NCBI RefSeq assembly: GCF_000018465.1
Contig: NC_010085.1
Span: 600,001-632,000 of the forward strand
Source: Nitrosopumilus maritimus SCM1
GTDB lineage: Archaea > Thermoproteota > Nitrososphaeria > Nitrososphaerales > Nitrosopumilaceae
Direction of reading: 5' to 3'
DNA: 32,000 bases
Positions 1-9,707 of this stretch are shown piece after piece. Under the pieces are notes generated by a model. The model was given only the letters and a program-made list of their open reading frames with translations, did not search any database and was not told where the DNA came from. The position numbers and the translations under genes are program-made. Positions within the stretch are counted from its first letter, which is position 1, and each line of letters opens with the position of its first letter.

Positions 1-146
1 GTTAAAAATAAAATTCAAATTATCAAATATGATGAAAAAAGAATAATTTGATATTTTATCATCTTTTCTATGTCTAGCCTGAACCCAATAAGAGATCTCA
101 CTTAATCTGCATTTTTATTAATGGAAGCATTAATTTTTCTATAAAT

Positions 147-2594
147 ATGATGTTTCATATGGACTGCTCAAATTTAGAAAATTTTTTTAGTTCCAAATCT
201 GATGTACTAAAATTTCTTTTTCACAAACTCAAAAAATCCACTATCGAAGAAATGATGTTTTTTTCTATTTATGAATGGGATAAAAATAAAGAGAAAATTT
301 TGTGTGAACTTTCTAACAACTTCCCCTCTGAATTAGTTATTGTTAGAAGCTCAGCAATGGGTGAGGATTCAATACAAAAATCTGAAGCTGGAAATTATTT
401 GAGTATCCAAAATGTAAATTCTTCATCAAAGAAACAACTAGAAAAATCAATCCAAAAAGTGATTAATTCTTATCACAAGAAAGGCAATTACAATAAAAAT
501 AATCAAATTTTAATTCAAAAACAATCCCTTGATATTATTACAAGTGGAGTTATTTTTTCAAAATCTCTCAATATTGGTTCACCTTATTATATCATAAATT
601 TTGATGATGGAACAAATACTGATAGTGTTACAAAAGGTGAAGTTGGAAATATCATAAAAATTTCTAGATTTTCAGCTTCTGTAAAAATTCCATTAAAATG
701 GAAAAAACTAATCAAATCTGTTCAAGAAATAGAGAAAATCTTAGGCACTGATTTACTTGATATCGAGTTTGGAATTAATATACATAAAGAAATTATTATT
801 TTTCAAGTACGTCCGCTTACCTCTACAAAATCCATCACGATAAAAAATTTTAATAATCATTTTCCAAAATTAATAGAAACTAACAAAAAATATTTTTCAA
901 AACTTCAAAAAAATCCCTCTCTGATTGGTAACAGAACAATTTTTTCTGATATGTCTGATTGGAATCCTGCAGAAATAATTGGCAGTAATCCGAATTTGTT
1001 AGATTATTCATTATATGATTATTTGATTATGAAAAATACTTGGAGTAAAAGTAGAGAAATGTTAGGTTACACCAAAGTGAAGACTAATTCTCTTATGGTA
1101 AAGTTTGGCCAAAAACCCTATGTTGATGTAAGATCAAGTTTCAATTCATTAATTCCTGCAAAAATCCCCAAAAAATTGAAATCCAAATTGATGGCTTATT
1201 ATATGAATAAAATCCAAAATTTCCCACATCTTCATGATAAAATTGAATTTGAAATTTTATTTTCTTGTTATGATCCGACAATAAAAAATCGACTAAATGA
1301 ATTACATAAATATAATTTTTCTAAAGAAGAAATTCATCAAATAGATCAATTGTTGAAAAAATTCACTGGAGATTTAATTGATAACTTTCCTAGTATTCTG
1401 AATGCTACACTTGATGCTATGAGACAATTAAAAGAGAATCGAGAGAAAAGTCTCAAAAGCTTAATTGATGTCAAATCACCTTCGAAAATTTTGAATACTC
1501 TTGAAAAATTGCTGAATGACTGTAGAAATATTGGTACTCTTTATTTCTCAATAATGGCTAGATTAGCCTTTGTTTCTTCAATAATTTTGAAAGGATTGGA
1601 AAAAAATGGAAATTTAGACTCAAAAATATTGGAAAACTTCATGAATACTTTACAAACCCCATTATCTGATATTCAACATGACCTAAATTCTTATGTAAAT
1701 GGAGATCTTTCAAGAAAACAATTTCTTGTAAAATATGGCCATTTGCGACCTGGAACTTATGATATTACTGCATCTCGTTACGATAAAGATAAAAATTTTT
1801 TCAATAATGTAAAATATCTTAAAAATGAAATTGACAAAATTTCTTTTAATGAATTTAAATTTAAAAAAATTTTTCAAAAACACATTCCTTTTGAATCTGA
1901 GAAATTCTTGTTTTTTATAAAAGAATCAATTTCTCAAAGAGAAAAAACAAAATTTGAATTTACCAAAAATTTGAGTTCGGTGATAGAATTAATTGCAATG
2001 TTGGGTAAATTGTATGGATTTAGTAGAGAAGATGTTTCCAATTTGAGTGTCGATTTTATTCTTAGAAACAAAAACAAAAACAAAAATGAAATTCGTAAAT
2101 TATGGACAAAAAATATCTTAAAAGAAAAAAATTCTAAATCATTAAAAAATTATTTATCCCTTCCACCACTTTTAACTCATGAAAATGACTTTGATGTTCA
2201 TGAACATTATATTTCTAAACCAAATTTTATTACATCTAAAAAAATCACTGCTGATATATATACAATAAAAAATTCCAAGAAATTTTTAGATGTTGAAAAC
2301 AAAATTGTTTTGATAGAAAATGCTGACCCAGGTTATGATTGGTTATTCACAAAAAATATTTCTGGATTAATTACAAAATATGGAGGTGTTGCATCTCATA
2401 TTGCTATAAGATGTGCTGAATTAGGACTTCCAGCTGCAATTGGTTGTGGTGATATTTTATTTGAACAGTTAGAAAATACTCAAAAAGTATTACTTGACTG
2501 TAAACATCATCAAATAATTATTTTGGAAAAAAATACCGAAGATAACTATTCTGAAGAAAAAAAACTCTTAAAATCTTTAGGTTACATAAAATAA
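147..2594 (+). CDS. PEP synthase/pyruvate phosphate dikinase-family kinase; candidate L-glutamine (amide) kinase
   Basis: 815-aa ORF. N-terminal dikinase-type ATP-binding motif (VIVRSSAMGEDSIQKSEAGNYLSI). C-terminal PEP-utiliser swivelling domain with phospho-His motif (GLITKYGGVASHIAIRCAELGLPAAIGCG). Glutamine kinase role inferred from the two downstream genes. Confidence 0.85.
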   Translation: MMFHMDCSNLENFFSSKSDVLKFLFHKLKKSTIEEMMFFSIYEWDKNKEKILCELSNNFPSELVIVRSSAMGEDSIQKSEAGNYLSIQNVNSSSKKQLEKSIQKVINSYHKKGNYNKNNQILIQKQSLDIITSGVIFSKSLNIGSPYYIINFDDGTNTDSVTKGEVGNIIKISRFSASVKIPLKWKKLIKSVQEIEKILGTDLLDIEFGINIHKEIIIFQVRPLTSTKSITIKNFNNHFPKLIETNKKYFSKLQKNPSLIGNRTIFSDMSDWNPAEIIGSNPNLLDYSLYDYLIMKNTWSKSREMLGYTKVKTNSLMVKFGQKPYVDVRSSFNSLIPAKIPKKLKSKLMAYYMNKIQNFPHLHDKIEFEILFSCYDPTIKNRLNELHKYNFSKEEIHQIDQLLKKFTGDLIDNFPSILNATLDAMRQLKENREKSLKSLIDVKSPSKILNTLEKLLNDCRNIGTLYFSIMARLAFVSSIILKGLEKNGNLDSKILENFMNTLQTPLSDIQHDLNSYVNGDLSRKQFLVKYGHLRPGTYDITASRYDKDKNFFNNVKYLKNEIDKISFNEFKFKKIFQKHIPFESEKFLFFIKESISQREKTKFEFTKNLSSVIELIAMLGKLYGFSREDVSNLSVDFILRNKNKNKNEIRKLWTKNILKEKNSKSLKNYLSLPPLLTHENDFDVHEHYISKPNFITSKKITADIYTIKNSKKFLDVENKIVLIENADPGYDWLFTKNISGLITKYGGVASHIAIRCAELGLPAAIGCGDILFEQLENTQKVLLDCKHHQIIILEKNTEDNYSEEKKLLKSLGYIK

Positions 2595-2645
2595 TCCCTT
2601 TAGCCGATTGTAACTGTTTTATAATGAAAATTCTCTTTAAAAATA

Positions 2646-3284
2646 TTGGTAAAAAAAATTGGCATTACTTTACGTATTGAAACTATTCAGGAATATGATG
2701 AAAAACGAGATGCTTTAAGTCATGATTGGTTTGACTTTTTTCAAAAACTAAATTGTCTTCCAGTATTAATTCCAAATAAACTCCGTGAAGTTGAATCCTT
2801 TTTAGAAGAAATGGACTTAAATGGATTGATTCTTTCAGGCGGTGATAATATTGGAGACGATCCTGAACGTGATAAAACTGAAAAAAAAATTATGACTTTT
2901 GCGATGACTAATAATATTCCTCTATTGGGAGTCTGCAGAGGTATGCAAGTAATTAACCAATTCTTCAATGGTAAAATAATTTTTGATAATTCTAATATTC
3001 ATGTTGGGAAAAATCATGTAGTTGATATTATCGATACAAAATTTTCCAATTTTTTACAAACTAATACAATGAATGTAAATTCATTTCACCATAATTTGAT
3101 TGATAAATCTTCTTTGGGGAAAAATCTAATTCCATTTGCATTTTCTTCTATTGATCAAACAATTGAGGGCTTCTATCATGAAAATTCCCCTATTTTGGGA
3201 GTCATGTGGCATCCTGAACGTGTGAATTTGAATTCAAATCAAACTGAACTTGTAAACATGTTATACTGTGATAAAATTTGGTAA
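2646..3284 (+). CDS. Class I glutamine amidotransferase-like hydrolase (peptidase C26 / gamma-glutamyl hydrolase family); candidate gamma-glutamyl-CDP-amidate hydrolase
   Basis: 212 aa. Nucleophile elbow GVCRGMQVINQFF, catalytic His-Glu-like GVMWHPERVNL, and LILSGGDNIG. TTG start. Confidence 0.85.
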   Translation: MVKKIGITLRIETIQEYDEKRDALSHDWFDFFQKLNCLPVLIPNKLREVESFLEEMDLNGLILSGGDNIGDDPERDKTEKKIMTFAMTNNIPLLGVCRGMQVINQFFNGKIIFDNSNIHVGKNHVVDIIDTKFSNFLQTNTMNVNSFHHNLIDKSSLGKNLIPFAFSSIDQTIEGFYHENSPILGVMWHPERVNLNSNQTELVNMLYCDKIW

Positions 3285-4069
3285 AATTAATAATTTTAGG
3301 TGCTGGTGAAGGAACTAGATTAAGACCATTAACTCAAAATTGTCCAAAATGCATGGTGAATATTTTTGGTAAATCATTATTAGAACACCAAATTAATACT
3401 GCAAAAAACTGTGGAATTGATGAAATTATTATTGTTAAAGGATTTCTTGGATATATGATCCAAATCCCAAATATTCGTTATTATGAAAATAAATATTATG
3501 ATTCTACAAATATGGTTGAAACACTCTTTTGTGCTGAAAAAGAATTGAATGAATCTGTAATTGTATCTTATGGTGATATTATTTATCAAAAAAACATCTT
3601 GAAAAAATTAATTGATTCTCCTGATGATTTTTCAGTGGTTATAGATAAAAATTGGAAAAATTACTGGCAAATTCGTTTTTCAAATATTCTTGATGATGTT
3701 GAAAGTTTACGATTAAAAGATGGTTATATAATGGATATTGGGCAAAAACCCAACTCATTAGATAATATCGACGGTCAATACATTGGTTTGATGAAATTTC
3801 AACATAATGCATTATCTACTCTAAAGACTTTTTATCATAATTCAAAAGAACAATCAAAATTAGGAACAAATCCTCTCAATCCAAAAATCCCTTTTACAAA
3901 ATCATACATGACAGATTTGTTACAAGGCCTAATTCATAATGGACAAAACATCAAAGCAATTGAAATTAATGGTGGATGGTTGGAATTGGATACTTTGAAT
4001 GATTTTGAAATTTATCAAAAACTATATGCTCAAAACTCATTAAAAGAATTTTTTAATTTGGAGAGTTGA
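3278..4069 (+). CDS. Nucleotidyltransferase (sugar-1-P/choline-P cytidylyltransferase-like); candidate CTP:phosphoglutamine cytidylyltransferase
   Basis: 263 aa. LIILGAGEGTRLRPLTQNCPKCMVNIFGKSLLEHQI signature of NTP transferases. TTG start overlapping the previous gene by 7 nt. Confidence 0.85.
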   Translation: MVKLIILGAGEGTRLRPLTQNCPKCMVNIFGKSLLEHQINTAKNCGIDEIIIVKGFLGYMIQIPNIRYYENKYYDSTNMVETLFCAEKELNESVIVSYGDIIYQKNILKKLIDSPDDFSVVIDKNWKNYWQIRFSNILDDVESLRLKDGYIMDIGQKPNSLDNIDGQYIGLMKFQHNALSTLKTFYHNSKEQSKLGTNPLNPKIPFTKSYMTDLLQGLIHNGQNIKAIEINGGWLELDTLNDFEIYQKLYAQNSLKEFFNLES

Positions 4070-4070
4070 A

Positions 4071-5186
4071 TTGAAGCCTAACATTATTTTTGTATTATTA
4101 GACGGTGCACGGTGGGATCGTATAGAAAATTCATTTGAATTTTCAGATTTAAGAAAAGATGGAATTTTTATAAATAATGTTTCAACTGTTTTTCCATACA
4201 CTTCTGGTTCACTAAATGTAATTTTTTCAGGACAATTTGGTAAAGAGAATGGTGTAGATGGCTATTACAAAGTATTGAAGTTAAAAAATTCCATACAAAT
4301 TTTGCCTGAGATTCTTCAAAATTATGGATATTTTACTGCTCGGGGGTTACTTAATGATAAATTATTGTCTCCTAGAGGATATGATCTTCGAACTGTTCAT
4401 AATGAATTTGAAGATGATCTAAATGACATTCATCCAAAATTAATTAATGATGTATTTCAAAAGGCAAATGGAAAACCTGTTTTTCTTTTTTTACATTTTA
4501 CTCGTATCCATACATTTACGGTTTCTGAAATTTTAGATAAATATGACTGGAACGATAAGACCTTTTATGATTTAGTAAATTCCAATCTTAAGAAATATGA
4601 TCAAACAATTGATGAAGCTGGGCATTATGCCAAAAAAATCACCAATACAATCAAGATTCTTGGAGAAGAGGAAAACACAATAATTATTTTCTTTTCAGAT
4701 CATGGTACTGGTGTTGGAGAAAGATATGGTGAACGAAGCTATGGTTCATTTACGTATGAAGAAACAATTAGAACTTTTTATCTTTTCACAGGGTCACTTC
4801 TTCTAAAAAATAAATTTTCTGACAAATTAAGAAGTACTTTGGATATAATGCCTACTATCCTTGAATTGTGTAAAATAGATGAAAATCTGAATCTCTTTGG
4901 AAAAAGCTTTGCAGGATTTCTCACTGGAGAAACAACTCATCTTAGTGAAAACCCATTTACTTTTTCTGAAACTGGTGCATTAGAAGGTCCATTCCCTTCT
5001 CCTGAGCATTCTAATGTTTTTTGTATTAAAACATCTAATTATAAATTAATTTATTATGTTTCTAACAATTCTTGGGAATTATTTGATTTGCAAAAAGATT
5101 TCCATGAAAAAAATAATTTGATAGGAACTTTACCATTAATTGAAGATGATTTAAAACAAAAACTCTTGAATTGGATAAATCGTTAA
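4071..5186 (+). CDS. Alkaline-phosphatase-superfamily (sulfatase-like) phosphohydrolase/phosphotransferase
   Basis: 371 aa. IIFVLLDGARWD metal site, nucleophile region FPYTSGSLNVIFSGQFG (Thr/Ser, no CxPxR), IIFFSDHGTG. TTG start 1 nt after the upstream stop. Confidence 0.8.
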   Translation: MKPNIIFVLLDGARWDRIENSFEFSDLRKDGIFINNVSTVFPYTSGSLNVIFSGQFGKENGVDGYYKVLKLKNSIQILPEILQNYGYFTARGLLNDKLLSPRGYDLRTVHNEFEDDLNDIHPKLINDVFQKANGKPVFLFLHFTRIHTFTVSEILDKYDWNDKTFYDLVNSNLKKYDQTIDEAGHYAKKITNTIKILGEEENTIIIFFSDHGTGVGERYGERSYGSFTYEETIRTFYLFTGSLLLKNKFSDKLRSTLDIMPTILELCKIDENLNLFGKSFAGFLTGETTHLSENPFTFSETGALEGPFPSPEHSNVFCIKTSNYKLIYYVSNNSWELFDLQKDFHEKNNLIGTLPLIEDDLKQKLLNWINR

Positions 5187-5260
5187 ACTCCCACTTTAAA
5201 ACTATAAAATAATTTTCTGTATTTGATTCATTGATTATTATACCAATAAAATCATCAATT

Positions 5261-6412
5261 TTATTTTTTTTTTAATAATTTAATTATGTATTCAGTTCCT
5301 ACTATCACTGATTTTCCAATGTTAAAAACTGTTTCATCACGATTATTTCTTATTTGATTTTTAATTGATTCTTGATTTGTGTATATCTCTTCAATTTTTT
5401 TTGGAATAGTTTCTAACTCTGTTGTTGGCACAATTATTCCAATTTTATTCCTAATACTTTCTTCAATTGGTATTTGTGAAATATCTTTAAAGTTAGGATT
5501 GCGCATTTTTTTTGGTGTATCGATATACATTACTGGTTTTTCAAAACCAAATGCAAATTCTAATGCAACACCTGACCAATCTGAAATCATAATATCTGAT
5601 TGTAAAAATGAATCAAAATACGATATATTTTGCTCTAAGAAAAAATTAGAATTTTTTGAAAATGTTTTTAAAATATGTTCAACTTTCTTTTTTGATTTTT
5701 TTTGTGTCATTGGATGAATGCGAAGAATTACTTTATATCCTGAATTTAATAATATGTTGATTATTTTTTCAGAAACTGTTTCAAATAACCCATCTTTTCC
5801 CCATGATGGTGCAATTATAATTTGATATGAATCTTTTTGTTTTAAAGTTATGTCTGTATTTTTTGAATGTATTTTTAGTAGATTATCTAAATGTGTATAT
5901 CCAAATTGAACTAATTTTTTTGCTTTTAAATTATATAGTTTCTCTGCTTCTTTTATTTCATTAATCTGATAATTTCCTACACAAAAAATAGAATCAAAAT
6001 AATCAAAGGCTTCTTTTCTGTATCCTAAATGTGTACTGATCATTGAATGAAACATGTAGATGTAGTGCACATTATGCATTTTTGATCTTTTAATATGAAA
6101 TGCTTCTAGATCTGGCATGGTCATAATCAAAATATTTGCCTGTAGTTCTAAGAAAAATTTTGTTCTAGCAACCCCTTCTCCAACATAAAATGCTTTAATT
6201 TTTTTATTTTTTGAAATTATGTCTAATTCTTCTTTACTAGATGTAACATAACAAATACTTACATCATAATTTTTAATTAATTCATCAATAAATGATTCAA
6301 AAATAATTGTTGAGTTTTTGTCTTCTGAATAGAAAACAATTTGTTTTTCTGCTATATCTAAATTTGAAAATTCTTTTAGATCGGTCGATTCATTTTTAGA
6401 AAAAAAACCCAA
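5261..6412 (-). CDS. CDP-glycerol glycerophosphotransferase (TagB/TagF)-like transferase
   Basis: 383 aa. ILRIHPMTQ and FLQSDIMISDWSGVALEFAFGFEKPVMYIDTP resemble the conserved C-terminal region of the Glyphos_transf family. Confidence 0.75.
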   Translation of the reverse strand: MGFFSKNESTDLKEFSNLDIAEKQIVFYSEDKNSTIIFESFIDELIKNYDVSICYVTSSKEELDIISKNKKIKAFYVGEGVARTKFFLELQANILIMTMPDLEAFHIKRSKMHNVHYIYMFHSMISTHLGYRKEAFDYFDSIFCVGNYQINEIKEAEKLYNLKAKKLVQFGYTHLDNLLKIHSKNTDITLKQKDSYQIIIAPSWGKDGLFETVSEKIINILLNSGYKVILRIHPMTQKKSKKKVEHILKTFSKNSNFFLEQNISYFDSFLQSDIMISDWSGVALEFAFGFEKPVMYIDTPKKMRNPNFKDISQIPIEESIRNKIGIIVPTTELETIPKKIEEIYTNQESIKNQIRNNRDETVFNIGKSVIVGTEYIIKLLKKK

Positions 6413-6587
6413 ATTAATTATCTTATATCACTGCTGTTAATTAGTATTAGTCTTAACTAAACCGAAAAAATTTATAATGTTTCTTCCATGAATATGTGTT
6501 GATTTTTAAAAGATTCATTTTGCTTACTGCTCAATTTTTTATCTGTACTGTATCAAAACATCATAAATATAATTAATTTGCCTAAAT

Positions 6588-8129
6588 ATGGTCTCTTTGT
6601 TTTCTGAACCTATTTCAAAATTCCCTTTTCATCCATTTTTAATTGGATTTTTTTTCGTTATTTCATTATTTTATAATAATATACGTGTACTAAATTTTGA
6701 CGAAATCCTAATTCCTCTAATTATTGTACTTGGAATCATTACAAGTATTTGGATTTTGATAAATCTTATTGTAAAAAATAATTTAAAATCCTCCCTTATT
6801 TTATCTCTAGTTTTAATTTTATTTTTTTCTTATGGACATATTTATCTAGAAATTGATCATTTCACTATAAATGAATTTGATATAGGGAAGCATCGATTTC
6901 TTTTAATTCCATTTTTTTCTATGTTTATTTTAGGAACTATTTTACTAATTCGAACGAAGAAAATATTAGATAATACTACATTAATTACTAATACCATTTT
7001 TTTAGTTTTAGTAGTTATAGTGTTAGTTAATATTCAATTATATTATTTTGAAAACCCTTCTTATTTTTATCTCAATCAAAACATTGAATCAAATACAATT
7101 TCAAATAATATAAACACATTTCCAAATATTTATTTCATCGTACTTGATGGCTATCCTGGATATCGTAGTCTTGAACTATCGCATCAAAATGATGGTGAAT
7201 TTTTTAATTATTTTAAAAATAATGGGTTTTTTGTTTCTGAAAATAGTTTTAGTAATTATCAAGTTACGCATTTATCTGTTCCCTCTACATTGAATTTAGA
7301 TTATCTCCATCCTCTTGCAGAAATTAAAGATGGTGTTTATGATCAACGTGATTTTCATTTATTAGGAAATGATAACAAGTTGATGAACTTTTTAAAATCT
7401 AACGGATATCTAATTGTTAATTTTGATTCTAGTTGGAGTTTTTCAAGAGACATGAAGCATGCTGATCTACAACTTTGTGGTGATAATCAATTTTTAAATT
7501 CTGAATTCCTAATTATGTTAACAAAAACTAGTATGCTAAATCCTGTTTATACAAAAGCCTTTGAAAATGATCTAGTTGAACTAAGACTTTGTGCATTTGA
7601 CCAAATACTAGATATTGATAAACGTGTATCGGAACCTTTTTTTGTTTTCTCTCATATGTATATGCCCCATCCTCCTTACTTATTTGGTCCTAATGGAGAA
7701 ATTTTATCTCCTGATGAATTAGATTTAATTGCATATTCACCTGAAAAACAGTCTGCATATTTTGATCAAGTCAAATTTCTTAATAAAAAAATCCCTCAAA
7801 TTGTAAATAATTTACTCGATTCTGAAAATCCTCCAATAATAGTAATACAATCTGATCATGGTTCGGCATTTTTAATGGGTGAAGACGACACAAATTGGAA
7901 ACATCCTGACAATAACATGCTTCTTGAACGAATGAATATAATCAATTTTATTTATTTGCCTGATTCTCCTGATATTCTTTATGATGAAATTACTCCTGTC
8001 AACACATTTCGAATCATACTTAATCATTACTTTGGAACTAATTTTGAAATACTAAATGATAATTCATATATTTTTAATGGCACTGATTTTGAGGATGTTA
8101 CTATCAAACTGAAAAATATAGAAAATTAG
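6588..8129 (+). CDS. Membrane-anchored alkaline-phosphatase-superfamily (sulfatase-like) protein
   Basis: 513 aa. Several N-terminal hydrophobic segments, then NIYFIVLDGYPGY, QVTHLSVPSTLN, VIQSDHGSAF. Confidence 0.8.
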   Translation: MVSLFSEPISKFPFHPFLIGFFFVISLFYNNIRVLNFDEILIPLIIVLGIITSIWILINLIVKNNLKSSLILSLVLILFFSYGHIYLEIDHFTINEFDIGKHRFLLIPFFSMFILGTILLIRTKKILDNTTLITNTIFLVLVVIVLVNIQLYYFENPSYFYLNQNIESNTISNNINTFPNIYFIVLDGYPGYRSLELSHQNDGEFFNYFKNNGFFVSENSFSNYQVTHLSVPSTLNLDYLHPLAEIKDGVYDQRDFHLLGNDNKLMNFLKSNGYLIVNFDSSWSFSRDMKHADLQLCGDNQFLNSEFLIMLTKTSMLNPVYTKAFENDLVELRLCAFDQILDIDKRVSEPFFVFSHMYMPHPPYLFGPNGEILSPDELDLIAYSPEKQSAYFDQVKFLNKKIPQIVNNLLDSENPPIIVIQSDHGSAFLMGEDDTNWKHPDNNMLLERMNIINFIYLPDSPDILYDEITPVNTFRIILNHYFGTNFEILNDNSYIFNGTDFEDVTIKLKNIEN

Positions 8130-8180
8130 ACTATAATTTAGACTTCAATATGTTTAGGAAGATGTTTTTAGATCTAATTC

Positions 8181-8897
8181 ATGATTTCACATATACATTC
8201 TCCTAACTTTAATATAATTAGCAAATTTTTGCAAAACAGAAATCAATTGCTAGTAATTTTTGATGTTGAAGGTGTTTTGTATGATGAAGAATATCTTCCA
8301 ATCCTTGCAGAGAAACTCAATAAACAAGATGAGATTTGGGCAATTACAAAACAAGGAATTCAAGGAAAAATTAACTGGGAAGAAGGACTTCGAACTAGAG
8401 TTGCTGCTCTAAAGGGCCTTGATGAAAAAACATGTCAAGAAGTTTCTGATGCATTACCCATTATGACTGGTGCAAAAGAAGCATGTAGAGCATTAAAAGC
8501 TGCTGGTTGGAAGTTGATGGCTGTTTCAGGCGGATTTACACTGATGATGGAGAGATTAAAAGACGAATTGGGATTAGATTATGTTTATTCCAATGAATTA
8601 ATTTTCAAAGACGGAAAACTGGATGGCGTAAAAATCAATGTTGATTCAGACAAATCAAAATCTGCACGAATTAAAATTGAAGAATGGGGAGAAAAGAAAG
8701 AGAATATTGTATGTGTTGTAGATGGCGCAAACGATGTAAAATTATTTGATATTTGTGGATTGGGAATCGCATATCGTGCACAAGACTTGGTAAAAGATTT
8801 GGCAACCACAACTCTGGAAGAAAAGGATCTTTCAAAAATTTTGGATATTATTAACAAACATTACAAATTAGAATTAGAATCTCCAACTCCTGCATAA
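8181..8897 (+). CDS. serB: HAD-family phosphoserine phosphatase-like protein
   Basis: 238 aa. HAD motif I variant FDVEGVLYDEE, motif II AVSGGF, motif IV GDGANDVKLF-like (VVDGANDVKLFDICGLGIAYRA). Confidence 0.75.
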   Translation: MISHIHSPNFNIISKFLQNRNQLLVIFDVEGVLYDEEYLPILAEKLNKQDEIWAITKQGIQGKINWEEGLRTRVAALKGLDEKTCQEVSDALPIMTGAKEACRALKAAGWKLMAVSGGFTLMMERLKDELGLDYVYSNELIFKDGKLDGVKINVDSDKSKSARIKIEEWGEKKENIVCVVDGANDVKLFDICGLGIAYRAQDLVKDLATTTLEEKDLSKILDIINKHYKLELESPTPA

Positions 8898-8931
8898 ACA
8901 ATTTTTTAGTCCACTCTTTCAGATATTATAA

Positions 8932-9657
8932 TTGGAAATCATACCTATTCATATTGAAAAAGAGATTGAACCTTCAGATGATCTTTCAGAATTGATCATC
9001 TCTTCAAATCAAATCCAAGATGGAGATGTCATAGTAATTGCTCAAAAAATAATTTCAAAACAAGAGAGACGTCTAGTTGAATTGTCTACTGTAAAGCCTT
9101 CATTGCTTTCTGAAGGAATTAGTTCACAATATCAAAAAGATCCTCGTATTACTGAATTAATTCTATCTGAATCAAAACGAATCATTCGTATGAAAAATGG
9201 AATTTTAATTGTTGAAACAAATGATGGTACAATTTGTGCTAATGCTGGCATTGATGAGAGTAATGTAAAAGATGGATTTGCAACCCTGTTGCCATTGGAT
9301 TCAGACAAATCTGCCAAAAACATACGTGAAAAAATTTTCAAACATACAAACAAAGATGTTGCAGTGATAATTTCTGATACATTTGGTCGTCCATTTAGAT
9401 TGGGACAAACAAATTGCGCTATAGGAATTTCAGGATTGTCACCTATAATTGACTATGAGGGAACTCAAGATACATTTGGAAAAACTTTACGTGTTACTGC
9501 AATTGCAATTGCTGATGAACTCTCAGCAGCATCTGAATTAGTTATGGGCAAAACATTGAAAACCCCTGTAGCAATAATTCGAGATTGTTCGTTTCCAAAA
9601 GGTGAACAAGGAATCAGTGAATTAATCCGTGCGGAAGATGAAGATCTTTTTAGATAA
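8932..9657 (+). CDS. cofE: Coenzyme F420-0:L-glutamate ligase
   Basis: 241 aa. Family-typical IQDGDVIVIAQKIISKQERR, VETNDGTICANAGIDESNV, VIISDTFGRPFRLGQTNCAIGISG. Confidence 0.9.
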   Translation: MEIIPIHIEKEIEPSDDLSELIISSNQIQDGDVIVIAQKIISKQERRLVELSTVKPSLLSEGISSQYQKDPRITELILSESKRIIRMKNGILIVETNDGTICANAGIDESNVKDGFATLLPLDSDKSAKNIREKIFKHTNKDVAVIISDTFGRPFRLGQTNCAIGISGLSPIIDYEGTQDTFGKTLRVTAIAIADELSAASELVMGKTLKTPVAIIRDCSFPKGEQGISELIRAEDEDLFR

Positions 9658-9707
9658 TTTTTTGTTTTGATTCCATAAGATTATTACCTAAAGACAAAAA
9701 ATTTCAT

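Noticed and set aside
147-2594. Calling this a housekeeping phosphoenolpyruvate synthase (ppsA)
   Set aside because: It has the family ATP-binding and phospho-His motifs but no obvious PEP/pyruvate-binding C-terminal barrel after the His domain. Its context is surface-polymer biosynthesis.
4071-8129. Calling the alkaline-phosphatase-superfamily proteins true sulfatases
   Set aside because: Neither has the CxPxR/SxPxR formylglycine motif; Thr/Ser is the likely nucleophile.
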